A stretch of 64,000 bases of DNA, taken from contig NC_081372.1 of NCBI RefSeq assembly GCF_030684315.1, positions 37,459,347 through 37,523,346 on the forward strand, in the 5' to 3' direction. The notes under the pieces are model-generated. The model saw only the letters and a program-made list of their open reading frames with translations, had not been told where the DNA came from and ran no database searches. Made by a program: the position numbers and the translations under genes. Of the stretch, positions 1-12,867 are shown in pieces (position 1 is the stretch's first letter; every line of letters begins with the position of its first letter). This DNA comes from Stegostoma tigrinum (taxonomy: Eukaryota).

Positions 1-240
1 TGCAAGCTAGCAAGGAATATAAAGTGGGTTACAAACATTTTAATTGTCATCTGAAAGGACAACACTTAGTATGGATAAATGTAGGCCCTTTACAGATGAG
101 GACATGAAAATATATATTAAAGAAGAGTGAAATGGTGGAGAAAATAAACTTTAACTTTGCATTCATTTATGTGGGAATACAGAAAATCTGCCAGAAATAT
201 GAGGAAATCAAGGACTTGTGAACTGAAGAACAAAAAGAAA
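1..240 (+). mobile_element. Decayed CR1 LINE ORF2 fragment (region upstream of RT)
   Basis: Degraded translation resembles the CR1 tether region (..NVGPLQ..EMVEKINFNFAFIY..). A further CR1 C-terminal piece lies at ~1093-1290. Confidence 0.5.
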
Positions 241-245
241 TTATG

Positions 246-1092
246 ATGTGGAGGTACCAGTGTTAGACTGGATCGGACAAGGTCAAAAATCACACGCCAC
301 CAAGTTATAGTCCAACAAATTTATTTGGAAACATGAGTTTTTGGAGCATTGCTCCTTAATTGGGTAGAGTGAGAGAGGAGGTATCAAGACTTTATAAGTA
401 AAAGATCAAAGGAACATGCAACTGATGCAAGTATATTAAATAAATCTAAAATGGTTGGCTGACTCCCTCCTGCTAAATCTTTAATTGGTTACAATGGAGA
501 GGCAGGTTTTGCTTGACTGAAATACAATTCCCTGAATTTCTTTCAAGTCACCAGGCTGAAATAACTAAAGGCTTTATCAGTGTATACAAGAGGTGGCATC
601 TCAAGTCAGACAATGCATTTTAGGCGTGAGGCCTTGTTTAGAATCTGTCTGTGTTTTAACCTGGAGCCAGACTGGTTTTATTTCCAGATCAGTAATTTAT
701 AAAATGCCCCCTTGACTGACTGTGTCTACAAATTGTGCACTTTTTGAACAAAGTAGAATGTATCTACAAATAAAAATCTGCAAGTAGTGTGTGCATGTCT
801 CAGTGTGTGTATTAACGTGTATGTGTGCATACGTGTGAGAAAGAGAATATGTGTGTGCACGCATGTGTGCTTATACTTGAGACGGTGTGTGTGAGTATAA
901 GGGATAATATGTATGTGAGAGAGTGTGAGTGTGAGTGTGAGACAGAGTGTATGATGGGAGTGCCTGTGTGGGTGTGTTTGTGTGACAGAGTACGTGTGTT
1001 TGCTTGCGTGCGTGTGACGGTGTATAGTGTGGTGGAGCCACCTGTTGTGTGACATGAACCCAAGATCCTGGTTGAGGCTGTCCTCATGGTTA
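246..1092 (-). mobile_element. Penelope-like element family C, 3' fragment (GIY-YIG C-terminus, CA-rich 3' region, pseudo-LTR)
   Basis: Minus strand reads HEDSLNQDLGFMSH, typical of the GLN-x-D end of a PLE endonuclease. It is followed by a (CA)-rich tract, a degenerate hammerhead region near 330-365, and a terminus (gatgtggag on +) also seen at 8307 and 27003. Confidence 0.7.
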
Positions 1093-1399
1093 AGCACAGG
1101 GGTAAAGATATCTTGCTGCAGTTGTTTTGAACTTTAATGAAATTTCTTCTGAGGTATTGCGGACAGTTGTAGTTTTCTTATCTAAGAAGGGATATATTTG
1201 CCTTTGAAGGAGTGTAGCAGAGACTGTTCTGATCCTTGCCTGACTTAGTAGGATTGTCTTATGAGGTGAGATTGAGGAAACTGTCTTTCCTTGATTCCTA
1301 TGTTAGGCTTAAATAGCTCTGCCAGTGTACTGTGGACCTCTTCAGGTGTACTAAACAGACTGAATATTGCACTCATTTTGCCTACTATGTGCACACAAA

Positions 1400-1600
1400 G
1401 TACTCTTCACTGCCCATTTACTCTTGCTTGGTCAAAAGCCTGCACTCCCTCCCTGACTGCAATTTGTTTGTGCCATTACCACATGGATTACAACAGTTCA
1501 AGAAGGCAGTTTACCACTGCCTTCTCAAGTGCAATCAGGAATGAGCAATAAATATTAACTTCACCAGTCACACCCACATCCTTTAGATGAATAAAAGAAA
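1400..1600 (+). mobile_element. 3' end of a CR1/L2-type LINE
   Basis: Reads cagttcaagaaggcagtttaccactgccttctcaag...gcaataaat...cacccacatcc followed by an A-rich tail. The same tail ends the SINEs at 14205 and 60325. Confidence 0.55.
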
Positions 1601-1601
1601 A

Positions 1602-2523
1602 CTACACAACCGCATTAAATTTAGAAAGGTAGTCAGTGACAAGGATAACACTGTTACCATGCATGTAAACAAACCTGCTGCAATATTTGATCAAGGGAAC
1701 AATTTTGTGAGGGTGTAGAAAACCTTTCTGTTGCTGTTGTGGCTTTTGACAGATTTTTGTTAAGTTTCTGACAATTACACAAAATGCCTTTCCAGGCATC
1801 ATGCTTGCGCTAAGCCCAAATGTCCCTGATGTAACTGTAACAATATGTGCTGACAAAGAGCTTCAGGTACAGGCATTTGTTTCCTCATGAGATACCCAGT
1901 TCATCTTTTATGCCAAAAATATTTCCAAGTGTCTAGCACCTTTTACATCAGGCTGAGCAATCCTTTCTGTCGTGCCTTCAGTCATGAATCATCTCCTGTT
2001 TTTTTTCCTGAAGTCAGTCATCTTTGCGCAGACCAAAATTCATCAGATTGACCTTGAGGATGTGAAGGATTGCACTGTCTACTCTATGTCAAATGGAATT
2101 TCTGTATTCTTATTGAGATTTGACAATCTGCTCAGTGTGCCAAAAGTAAACTTTTTATTACTGGGTTTGTAAAAGCTGCCAAATCTGTGCCCCAAACCAT
2201 TGAGCAGAAGTCATCTCAGTTTAAGCGGTATATTTGTCAATAGTTTCCATCATATTATTTCCAATGGTATGGGATCAGTTTCCAAAGGGCAATTGCTAAC
2301 CAAGTAGGTATCTATGGATCTTGTGATTTGGAAAACTACAGCAAGTGTTTCATGTTCTATGTTTGAAATAATTGGATTGCACTTGGGAGAGACATATAGA
2401 TCCAAATGCAATTGACTTGTCATCTTGTATGAAACTGATCCTTTCCCTCTTTGAGATGCATCAACTGTCAAGGTTTTCTTCTTCCTTGGGATGCAGTATT
2501 GTGGGACACAGTTGTCTACTGAC
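1602..2523 (-). mobile_element. Ty3/Gypsy pol remnant (RNase H to integrase)
   Basis: ORF 2250..2525 has LTVDASQRG...SNIEHETLAVVF (RNase H). Further along the minus strand, QLHQGHLG matches the integrase zinc-binding region. Frameshifted. Confidence 0.8.
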
Positions 2524-2537
2524 ATAGTAACATGAGG

Positions 2538-2752
2538 TTAAAATTGTATCAGTGATAATGGGAACTGCAGATGCTGGAGAATCCAAGATAATAAAATGTG
2601 AGGCTGGATGAACACAGCAGGCCCAACAGCATCTCAGGAGCATGAAACCTGACTTTTCAGGCCTAGAAGGTCTAGGCCCGAAACGTCAGCTTTTGTGCTC
2701 CTGAGATGCTGCTGGGCCTGCTGTGTTCATCCAGCCTCACATTTTATTATCT
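2538..2752. mobile_element. PLE family A fold-back mini-insertion (inverted pseudo-LTR ends)
   Basis: An inverted repeat of ~80 bp per arm plus a one-sided tail. Flanked by atagtaacatgagg (2524-2537) and ataataacatgagg (2753-2766), a probable TSD. Confidence 0.85.
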
Positions 2753-3326
2753 ATAATAACATGAGGACTGGGAGCAAGAGCAAGCAATACAGCTGCTTAA
2801 GCCTGCAGTGTCATTTAATAGGATCATGGCTGATCCCATCTCAGCCTCAAATCCACTTTCCTGCCCACTGTCCATAACCCTTCAACCTGCTACTGATTAA
2901 AAATCTGTCCATCTTCACCTTCAATTTACCCAATGTCCCAGTGTCCATCCCACTCTGGGATAATGAGTTGCACAAATTCACAACCCTTTTGAGAGAAATA
3001 ATTCCTCCTCATCTCCATTTTAAATCTGATACCACTTATCCGTAAACTGTGACCTCCCTTTCTAGACTGGCCCACTGGAGGGAATATCCTCTACAAGCCT
3101 ACTTCTCCTTTGGCATCTTATTCACCCTAATTAGATCATTTCTCATTCTTCCCATGGAGTATAGGCCTGAACTGCTCAATATTTCTTCATAAGAGAAGCC
3201 TTTCAGCTCTGGAACCAATCTAATGAACCTCTCCTGAACCACCTCTGATGCAACTCTGTCCGTCCTCAACTTAGGAGACTAAAATGTACTAAATGCTCCA
3301 GGTATGAATTCAATAATACCCAATAA

Positions 3327-3642
3327 GGGGCAGCACGGTGGCTCAGTGGTTAGCACTGCAGCCTCACAGCACCAGGGACTCAGGTTTGATTCCAGCCTCA
3401 GGCGACTGTCTGTGTGGAGTTTGCATATTCTCCCCGTGTCTGTATGGGTTTCCTCCGGGAGCTCCGGTTTACTCCCACAGTCCAAAGATGTGCAGGCTAG
3501 GTGCATCAGCCATGCTAAATTGCCCGGAGTGTTCAGGGGTGTGTGGGTTATAGGGGAATTGGTCTGGGTGGGATGCTTCAAGGGGCGGTGCGGACTTGTT
3601 GGGCCAAAGGGCCTGTTTCCACACTGTGGGGAATCTAATCTA
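3327..3642 (+). mobile_element. HE1-like tRNA-derived V-SINE
   Basis: tRNA head with A box (tggctcagtgg) and B-like box, V-domain (gtgtggagtttgcatattctccccgtgtctg..ggtttcctccggg), CR1-like tail and aatct repeats. Confidence 0.9.
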
Positions 3643-3866
3643 TAAAGTTGTAGCAACACTTCCCTAGTCTTATTTTCTATTCCTTCAACACGAAATGCAA
3701 AATTTCCTTTGGGTTCATTATTAACTACTGTATCTGCATGCTAGCTTTATGTGATTCAAGCACAAGGATGCCCAGATCTCTCTGCACAGAAACACTCTGA
3801 AGTTTCTTTCCAACTAGATAATAAATTGCCTTTGAGTTGTTCTGAACAAAACGGATAAACTGATTC

Positions 3867-4501
3867 TCAGATAATAAAATGTGAGGCTGGATGAACACAG
3901 CAGGCCAAGCAGCATCTCAGGAGCACAAAAGCTGACGTTTCGGGCCTAGACCCTTCATCAGAGAGGGGGATGGGGGGAGGGAACTGGAATAAATAGGGAG
4001 AGAGGGGGAGGCGGACCGAAGATGGAGAGTAAAGAAGATAGGTGGAGAGGGTGTAGGTGGGGAGGTAGGGAGGGGATAGGTCAGTCCAGGGAAGACGGAC
4101 AGGTCAAGGAGGTGGGATGAGGTTAGTAGGTAGCTGGGGGTGCGGCTTGGGGTGGGAGGAAGGGATGGGTGAGAGGAAGAACCGGTTAGGGAGGCAGAGA
4201 CAGGTTGGACTGGTTTTGGGATGCAGTGGGTGGGGGGGAAGAGCTGGGCTGGTTGTGTGGTGCAGTGGGGGGAGGGGATGAACTGGGCTGGTTTAGGGAT
4301 GCAGTGGGGGAAGGGGAGATTTTGAAACTGGTGAAGTCCACATTGATACCATATGGCTGCAGGGTTCCCAGGCGGAATATGAGTTGCTGTTCCTGCAACC
4401 TTCGGGTGGCATCATTGTGGCAGTGCAGGAGGCCCATGATGGACATGTCATCAAGAGAATGGGAGGGGGAGTGGAAATGGTTTGCGACTGGGAGGTGCAG
4501 T
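3867..4501 (-). mobile_element. PLE family A 3' fragment (GIY-YIG end + pseudo-LTR with hammerhead)
   Basis: Minus ORF 4186..4446 has RRLQEQQLIFRLGTLQPYGINVDF. The pseudo-LTR is near-identical to the copies at 17623 and 35004. Confidence 0.9.
3931..3965 (-). ncRNA. Minimal type I hammerhead ribozyme motif (family A)
   Basis: Minus strand: ct-CTGATGA-a-gggt-ctag-gccc-GAAA-cg-TC-ag. Complete catalytic core, stem II, minimal stem III and GUC triplet; stem I only ~2 bp. Confidence 0.7.
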
Positions 4502-6724
4502 TCTCATCTTGGTTAAAACCCATCTACCAAATTTTGGCCATTCACCTAAACTCTCCATATCCATTTGCAAATTTTTTTTATTTCTTCATTGCAACTTACT
4601 TGTCAATATATTTTACTGTCATCTCTAAATTGGCTATGGTTCTTTCCAATCCCACATCCAAGTCATTAATACAGATTGTAAGAAGTTGAGGCCTGAGGCC
4701 TCTGGCACCCCACAAGTTACATCTTGCCAACCAGAAAAAGACCAATTTATCCTGACCATTTGCTTTCTCTATCCAAGCTAGTAAATTAACCTCGTACCTT
4801 GTAATCTTACCTTATGTCTTAACCTTTTGTGTAGTACTTTATCAACTGCATTCTGGAAGCCCAGGTATACCGCACTGAGAGGATCTCCATTGTGCGCCTT
4901 GTTTGTTACATCTTTAAGGAACTCCAGCAAATTAACCAAACACGACTTTCCCTTCATAATACCATGCTGACACAGTGGAATTCTATTTTGACTTTCCAAA
5001 TATCCTGTTATTACTTCTTTTAAAAAAAAAGCCGACAATTTCCTAATGACACGTTAAACTTACTGATCTATGGTGTTCTAATTCCTGCTTGCCTTCCTTT
5101 TTGAATAATTGAGTTATTATATTTGCATTTTTCTAATCTACTTGAATCTTATCCACATTCAGAAAATTTTAGAATATTATGACAAAAAAACCCACTAGTT
5201 CGACTTCATGTAATGCCTATGCACACAAGCTACCAGGCCCTGGGAACTTGTCTGTCTTTAATCCCAATAGTTTTATCATTACTTTTTCCCTAGTGATGAT
5301 GATTTTTCTAAATTTCACCCTTTCTATAACATCTGCATTATCTGTTACTATTGAGATGGTACTAGTTTCTTTCGTTGTAAAAACTGAACCAAAGTATTTT
5401 TTTAGTGTCTCTGCTGTTTCTGTGTCCCCGCTATGAACTCGCTAGTCTCATCCGCCAAGGGACAAACATCCGCTACTCTCTTTCCTTTTGTATATTTGTA
5501 GAAGATTTGGCCATCCATTTTTAGATTCTGATTTATTTTTCTTTCATAATTTACCTCTTCTCTTTTTATTACCTTTTTAGTATCATTCGTTGATTTTTAG
5601 AAGTTTTCTAATCCTTCAGCCTATGACTGGCTATTGAAAAATTGTATGTGTTTATTTTTTGTCGTATATTATTGTTAAATTCCTTGCTTAGCCATGGACA
5701 TCTTCCAACTCCCACCCCTTACAATCTTTCTTCCTCTTTGGAGTATATTTTAACTGGGAGAAATTTAATATCTCCCAAAACATCTTCTCCTGTTCATCAA
5801 CTGTCCTACCATTTAATTTTTTCACCCAGTCTACTAAGGCCAGATTTGTCTCATGCTTATTTAATTACCTTTGTTTAGGTCTAGGACACTAGTGCGAGTT
5901 GTCAATTTCTCACCTTCAAACTGAGTTTGAAATTCTAGTATGCTTTGATCACTTTTCCTTGGAGGATCCTTTACCATGATGTCATGAATTAACTCCACCT
6001 TGTGGCACAATATCAAATTCGAAATAAGTTGTTTCCTGATTGGTTCCTTAACATTTTGCTCTAAGAAACATTCTCTAATACATTCAATGAACTCTCTTGC
6101 AAGGCTACCTTATTTAAATATTTAATAAATCATCCATGAATTTTGGTATACTTTTCTTACGAGTGCTTAGTATTTCCTGGTTTATACTGGGCCGACTGTA
6201 GAACTACTGTCTTGGGGCTGATAGATCATTCTCAAAAAGGGCCTTTTACCTTGCTTTTTCTTATACCGATCTGGATTGATCCTTTGTTTTGACCTCCAGT
6301 ACTGATATAATCATTCACCAGAGCACTGGTCTCTCTTTCTTTACTAACAAACCTACATTACTTCCTTTTACTTTCTGTCTATCCTTCTGAAACATTGACT
6401 ACCATTGAATATTTAGTTCCTAAACCTGATCTCCCTGTAACCACATCTCAACAATCACCATCAAATCATACTCGTTATCTCTATTTGTATGTTTAATTCA
6501 TTAATTTTATTCCAAATGCTTTGTACATTTGAATACTGAGCCTCTAAGTTTTTCCTATTACTAAATTTTGCTGGCCAATTCCTTGGTGCATTATGGTCTT
6601 CACACATTCTGTCCCTTGCTTTTATTTTCTGTTAACAATTAGTCTCATCAGTAGTGTACACTGCTATCTTCTCATTTAAATCTGATTTTCAAAATTTCCA
6701 TGGAACTGAAAACCTCACATCCGT

Positions 6725-6726
<2 letters not shown>

Positions 6727-6771
<45 letters not shown>

Positions 6772-6797
6772 GAGAGACCGACCCACAGACACACACG
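6727..6797. repeat. (CA)n microsatellite with degenerate GA/CA extension
   Basis: A perfect CA run of about 19 units, read directly. Confidence 0.95.
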
Positions 6798-7761
6798 AAA
6801 TGAAGCATAGTATGATATTCCATCCACTCAACTGTGGCTGCCCCCATCTTCAACCTTCCCTACGTGCATCTAACAAGAAGGCTACAGATTTGTCTTTAAA
6901 CCTCAAGCTCAAATCTGACTCTAACTTGTGCCCACCAGCCACTTTTGACCAGCTCACTCCATCTCTCCCATCCCCTGATCTACAACCCCACCCAGCTTCC
7001 TCTTATTTTGGTTGTATGAAATGGAAGTCCTTCCTTTATCTCCTAAGGGTGGGTGACCATTTAATAATTACAAGAGTCAGAATCTCACATCAATTGGCAA
7101 AATGCTTTCTTTTAACTGTAAGATTTCTCTAATGTTATAGGTGATTCTTCCATGGGAAAACTCCCAAAATCTGTGAATTTAATCGAGCTTATCCGGGGTG
7201 ACAGATGTAGTACAAATTTCCTGGCCTCTCCAGGGAATTTTGGAACAGGAATGATCCTTAACTCTCTGAACCTGCTCTGCCATTCAATTGGATTTACGAT
7301 GGCCTACAACCTAAGTCCATATACTCATTGCTGTCTGTACTCCTAAATACAAGTGGGCATCAAAAACCTATCTGGAAGAAAGGGGAGAGAATGGACAAAA
7401 AAAAACGAGATAGCTTTTCTCTTCCACTATCCAGTGATAAATGGTGGAAATAGCCATTTACAGGTTTCAGATGAGCAAGATGGGTTTCTGAACCCCCGTG
7501 GTTAAATGTTCTCCTGATATATTGTCAAATCTGATATATGAATAATGACCACATATCACCAGCATACATCTCAGCAATGCATCAATGCTTTTAAGAAGTA
7601 AAGACTGTGTGTACTCATTATGTTGCTTAAAGAGTTTTTTTGAGATCCATATTTTCATTTAAAAATTGTAGAATTGTTTTTTCATGTCATTGAATTAATT
7701 TGTATCCTTTAAGAAACACTTCATTTCTTTTACCTACTTCCATTATTCCTGTTAATAACAG

Positions 7762-7823
7762 ATTTGACTTAAGTGCTTTGCTTCTACATATATTAAAACT
7801 GCATCAAATGAACCTAACAGCAG
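7762..7823 (+). CDS. Candidate internal exon of an unidentified host gene (FDLSALLLHILKLHQMNLTA)
   Basis: Pyrimidine-rich tract with AG at 7760-7761 and a strong donor CAG|GTAATT. 62 nt with only one open frame (phase 2 in, phase 1 out), in non-repetitive sequence. Confidence 0.5.
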
Positions 7824-8306
7824 GTAATTGCCAGCAGACTCTTAACAGTGTCTCATCATTTTGCATTACTTAACAGAGCAAGGCGGCAATGTCAAAACCT
7901 ATGGCTTATTATTGACAATTTATGACTTGAAACCTAAAGCAGAATTGGAATGGGCGCATGAATGGTGGGCCCAGAGAGTCAAATGGACAGGCACACATCT
8001 GATTCTTGGAGCAGGAAGCTGTCTTCCATTGGTTGAGCGGCCAAAAGAGAACAATGTGGAAAGTCACCCATTAATAGTTAGATGCCAATTGACTTGTTAA
8101 TGAGCCACTTATTTCTAATTAGCCCTTATTCCAATGGGATTTAATCATGTTTTTGGGATTAAAAGAGCTTTCCATGTTAACCAGGAGATGATTATCTCTT
8201 CAGTTCAAGTGACTGACTTCAAGTGGGCTGGCCATAGCCAGTATACTGTAGGGGAGGAAGCTCTACAAAAAAAAACTCCGAGAGCTATTGCAGTGATTGT
8301 AACAAT

Positions 8307-8400
8307 GATGTGGAGGTTCACTTGATGAAGGAGCAGCACTCCAAAAGCTTGTGATTTCAAATAAACTATAACCTGATGCAGTGTGACTTCTGACCTTGAC
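8307..8400 (+). mobile_element. PLE family C mini-insertion with decayed hammerhead
   Basis: gatgtggag tail followed by cac-ttgatga-a-ggag-cagca-ctcc-aaaa-gc-tt-gtg (two core substitutions). Confidence 0.6.
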
Positions 8401-8546
8401 GTAACAAGGTCAGCCAGATGGACAACATAAGATGAGTTCCTTGATTAGGCCTGTTAATCTGGTCCAAATAGGGAGCCCTGGCTGACATATATAGGAGGGT
8501 CAGAGGTTCTGTTCACTCTGAGATCTGGCTCTGAGGAAGCTGGACA
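8401..8546 (+). mobile_element. Partial Gypsy LTR
   Basis: Homologous to the reverse complement of the LTR at ~62250-62483 (atgagttcc..gat..ggc.tgttaa.ctg.tccaa.taggga..cctggctgaca...cactctgaga). Confidence 0.7.
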
Positions 8547-8559
8547 AGTTTATTTCAAA

Positions 8560-11500
8560 ATTTGATTTGATTTGATTTATTATTTCAGTACAGGCAGATC
8601 ACATCATACAAAGTGCATTAGGATGATTGAACAGAGCAAATAATACAATGTTATGGCTGCAAAGAAGATGCACAAAGAGTGAGGTCAAAAATAAATTTGA
8701 AATCTGAGAGGTCCATTCAGAAGTCAAATAACAACAGGGAAGAAGCTGTCCTTGAATCTGTTGGCATATATGTTTTAGCTTTTGTATCTTCTACCCAGAG
8801 GAAGAGGTTGTAACAGATTATAACTTGGGTGGGAACAGTTTTTGATTGCATTGGCTGCCTTCGTGAGCAGCGAGAAGTATAGGCGAAGTCAATGGCTGGA
8901 AGGTTGGCTTACATGATGGACTGGGCTGTGTATACAACTTTCTGTAGTTTCTTATAGTCCTGGATCAAGTAGCTGCAGTACAAAGCCATGATGCACCCAG
9001 ATAAAATGCTTTCTATAGGTACCTCTATAAAAACTGGTAAGACTCTTGATGGACATACTGAGTTTCCTTAGTCTCTTGAGGAAGGAGAGATGTTGTTGTG
9101 CTTTCTTGACCTTTGCATCAATGTGGGTAGACCAGGACAGATTATCAGTGATTGTCACTCCCAGGAACTTGTCTCCTTCAATGATCTCCACCTCCACCCC
9201 ATTAATGTAAGCAGGGGTGTCCCCTATGACTTGCCTCCTGAAGTTTTGCTGACATCGAGGGAAAGCTTGTTGTCTTTGCAACAAGCCAACAAGCATTCTA
9301 ACTCTTTTCTGTATTCAGACTTGTCGTTGTTTGAAAACTGGCCCACAATGGTGGTGTCATCAGTGAACTTGTAGACGGAGTCAAGATGAGATTTAGACAG
9401 TCATGAACATACAGGGAGTATAGGAAGGGGCTGAGCATGCAGCCTTGTGGGGCACCAGTGTTAAGGGAAGTAATGGAGGAGGTGCTATTGCCTATTCTCA
9501 CTGTTGCAGTCTGTGGGTCAGGATGTTGAGGATCCAATTGCAGAGGATGGAGCAGAGGCATGGGTCTCAGAGTTTGAAGATTAGTTTGGTTGGAAGTATA
9601 GTGTTGAAGGTGGAGCTGTAGTCTGTGGTTAGGAGCCTGACATAGGTTTCCTTGTTATCCAGATGTTCCATGGCCAGGGAGATGATGTCTGCTATGGACC
9701 TATTGTGATGGTGGGTGAATTGCAAGAAGTCATAGCAGGCTGGGTGGCTAGATCTGATATCAGCCACCACCACCCTCTTGAAGCACTTCATAGTTATGGA
9801 GGTCAGAGCCACCAGGTGGTGGCCATTGAGGCACACTGCATGTGCTTAGTTTGGTACCAGGATGATAGTGATCTTTCTGAAGCAGGTGGGGATTTAAGAT
9901 CATAGTAAGGAGTGTTTAAAGATGTCAACGAATACTCCTGCCAACTGGTACCCACAGAATCTGAGTGCACAGCCAGCGACTCCATTTGGGCTGGTCATTT
10001 TCTGTGGATTCACTCCCAAAAAAACCAACGTGACGCCTGCAGCAGTGACAGAAGGAACAGGTGCATCCGGGACTGTCAGGGCATTTTACTGGCATTCAAA
10101 ATGGGTGTAAAATGCATTGAGCTCATCAGGGAGGGATGTGTTTTTGTCTGCTATTCTGCTGTGCTTCGATTTATTGCCTAATATGTTGTGTAGACCATGG
10201 CACAAATGGCAGGTGTCATAGTTTGGGTCTCTATGTTAGTGTAGTATTGCCTCTTGGCACCTCTAAAGACCTTATGGAGGATGTATCAAGATTTCCTGTT
10301 GAGGTTAGGGACATCTGACTTGAATGCCACATACCTGGACTTCAGTACGCAATGGATCCCCCAGTTCATCCATGGTCTTGAGTTGGTGGATATTCAGATT
10401 GGCTTCTTTGCCACACAGAAGTCTGTAGTGTTAGTGGCATTCTCACCTAGGTTGGCTGATGAGTTCTTGAATATGGACCAGTCCACTGATTCTAAGCAAT
10501 TCTGTAGAGACTCTTCTCCTGCCTTAGACTAGCACTGCACTACTCTCTGTGCTGGGTCCTCATGCTTCACTTTTTGCTCCGAAGCCAGGAGGAGGAACAC
10601 AGTACTGTGATCTGATTTTCCAAAGCGCAGACAGGGTATGGAGTGATTAACATCTTCGATGATTGTGTAGCAATGGTCAAGGATGTTCTGCCCTCTGGCA
10701 GGACAAGAGATGTGTTGATGGTATTTTGGTTGCACAGCCTTAAGGTTGGCCTGGTTGAAGTCATCAGTTGAAGTCTATGATGAATAACACCTCAGGATAT
10801 TTCGTCTCAAGTCCATTTTTAGCAGTGTACTGATCCTCAAGACCATTCTTCACCACTGCATGGGATGACATGCAGACTGCTGTCAGGATGGTGGAGGTGA
10901 ACTTGCATGGCTTATAGCAGGGACAGCACTTCACTTTTGAATATTCTAGTGCAGCGTGCAGTAACTCATCAGAGTTACCATGCATGAGCACTAGGAAGTG
11001 TTGATTAGGAGGCAGGTCCCATTTCCCCTTGCCTTGGCTGAGGTTGTATGGCACAGTAAGGTGTAGCATGAGTGAGCCACATCTGTGTAAAACAGAGCAC
11101 ACAGCAATCTCTTAGTTCCTTCTAGGAGGTAAGAATAGCTTTAGGTTTATCCATTTTGTTCTCAATGGCTTGGACATTTTCCAGGAGTTTGTTGCGGAGT
11201 AATGACTTGAAACCACATTGTTTGAGTCTCACCTGAAGGCCAGCATGTCTCTCGCGTTTCTTGGTAAGGTGCCAGCTTCTGGTCAATCCAAGTATTGGTG
11301 ATGTAAATTTGCTACTTTAGAAGGCAAGTGTGTGCTCCCAATGGGGCCCTGGATACAGGTCATAGCCATAGGATCTCTGAGGGATTCTTGGAGTCAGTTC
11401 TGTCGAACCTCCTTGTCATCCAGTTCCCTTAAGGTCGGTTGATGTTCCTCAGGATCGGCGTGGGCTTCCTCAGAGTTAGGCCACTGTAGGGTCATATTTT

Positions 11501-11790
11501 GTTCCTGGGCTGGTCAGGCCTCAGTACCTGGTTTCGTGGAGATCAAGAAGGTCGGATCTGGAGGAAACCACTAGGTTTGCTCTCGGCTTACGGATCCACC
11601 ATCAGTAATTGGGCCTGGATGATTGTAGAATCTTCAGATCTGCAAGCAGATTGAAGAAAACATTATTAGCAATTTTAACAGACTTAGAATTGAGGTTTAA
11701 AAGAGCAGAATGATTGTATGATATATTAGAATAAAATCTTCTCAAGAGAGATCTCACACAGAGTCACCGTGCTTTGGAGCCATCTTGAAT
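8560..11790 (-). mobile_element. Rex1/Babar-clade LINE, decayed, near full length
   Basis: Minus ORFs: NILDHCYT...FGKSDH (APE endonuclease); VALTSITMKCFKR, YVRLLTTDYSSTFNTI, LNTGAPQGCMLSPFLYSLY (RT); KFLGVTITDNLSWSTH. (tttga)n tail at ~8560. Confidence 0.88.
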
Positions 11791-12096
11791 AGTTTTTGTA
11801 CAGCTAGAAAATAAAACACACACATATAGCAAAAACAATCCATTCACTTGTAACAATGGGGAAAAAAGTTCAACTTAACAAGAAATTGCAAAATTCTGTG
11901 GACTCTTTCAGCATTCATTTTGTCCACTTAATTTCTTTCCTTTGGTGTGGCTTTCATGGCAGGCAAATTATTAATGAAGAATAGTTGGTTCTGTAAATCA
12001 TGCCTACATTCCTAATCCTAACTTGTAACTACAAGTTACAGTCTTCTTTTCAGATGTCACAATGAAACTTCTGCAAATGTACCACTAGAAAGTTTC

Positions 12097-12411
12097 ATAG
12101 AATAGAATCCCTACAGTGTGGAAACAGGCCCGTTGGCCCAACAAGTCCACACTGGCCCTTGCCAGTGACCTGTCGCCCTATAACCCACCTAATCTACAGA
12201 CCCCTGAACAGTGTGGGCAATTTAGCATGACCACTCCACCTGACCTGCACATTTTTGGGCTGTGGGAGGAAACTGGAGTACCTGGAGGAAACCCACGCAG
12301 ACATGGGGAGAATGTGCAAACTCGCCACAGACAGTCGCCTGAGGGTGGAATTGCACCCAGGTCCCTGGTGCTGTGAGGCAGCAGTGCTAACCATTGAGCC
12401 ACCATGACACC
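12097..12411 (-). mobile_element. HE1-like V-SINE
   Basis: Reverse complement of the 3327 SINE (tRNA head, V-domain, tail). Confidence 0.9.
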
Positions 12412-12867
12412 CGAGAGTTTGCGCATTTGCAACAGGAAAATGCCTTTCGGCCAATTAAGGTCATTTTTTTCTATTAGACTGTGTACCATTTCCAGTGTCA
12501 ATGATTCTAAATTAAATTTCTTGAGGTTGGTAAGCACAAGTAAAACATACAAGAAGCTAAAACTGCAGGTTTCTTCTATATCATATTATCATGGCCAACA
12601 TTCAATGTCTTTTTGGTACTTCCTAAACTATTTAATTACCTATGCCTACATTTATCATAATTACCTTAAATCCCATTACTAGAAAGATGATTATGCAATT
12701 CCATTTAAATGAGTTCATTGATTTCATATTCCCTGCTGGAAATCAATGCAATGTATCAAGCAACTGTAGAGAGAAGATTCCTTTGACTCTCTAATGCTCA
12801 TGTTTGTACTTACATTTTCAAATTTCAGTATCATGATTAAAATTTTAAGAAAACAGAATGACAATAT

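Larger units (their letters stand above)
2767..6700 (-). mobile_element. Decayed CR1 LINE (interrupted by SINE and PLE)
   Basis: ORF 4778..5038 reads QHGIMKGKSCLVNLLEF...AVYLGFQNAVDKVLHKRL, a CR1 RT signature. The 3' UTR is near 2770 and endonuclease-like sequence is near 6100-6450. Confidence 0.8.

Noticed and set aside
726-1097. His/Thr-rich 123-aa ORF and overlapping ORFs
   Set aside because: Translation of the (CA/TG)-rich PLE 3' region, not a protein.
3279-3659. Recurrent ORFs such as MAQWLALQPHS / SLHIFGLWEET, and tRNA-like heads
   Set aside because: Chance frames in HE1 SINE copies; the heads are SINE-derived, not tRNA genes.
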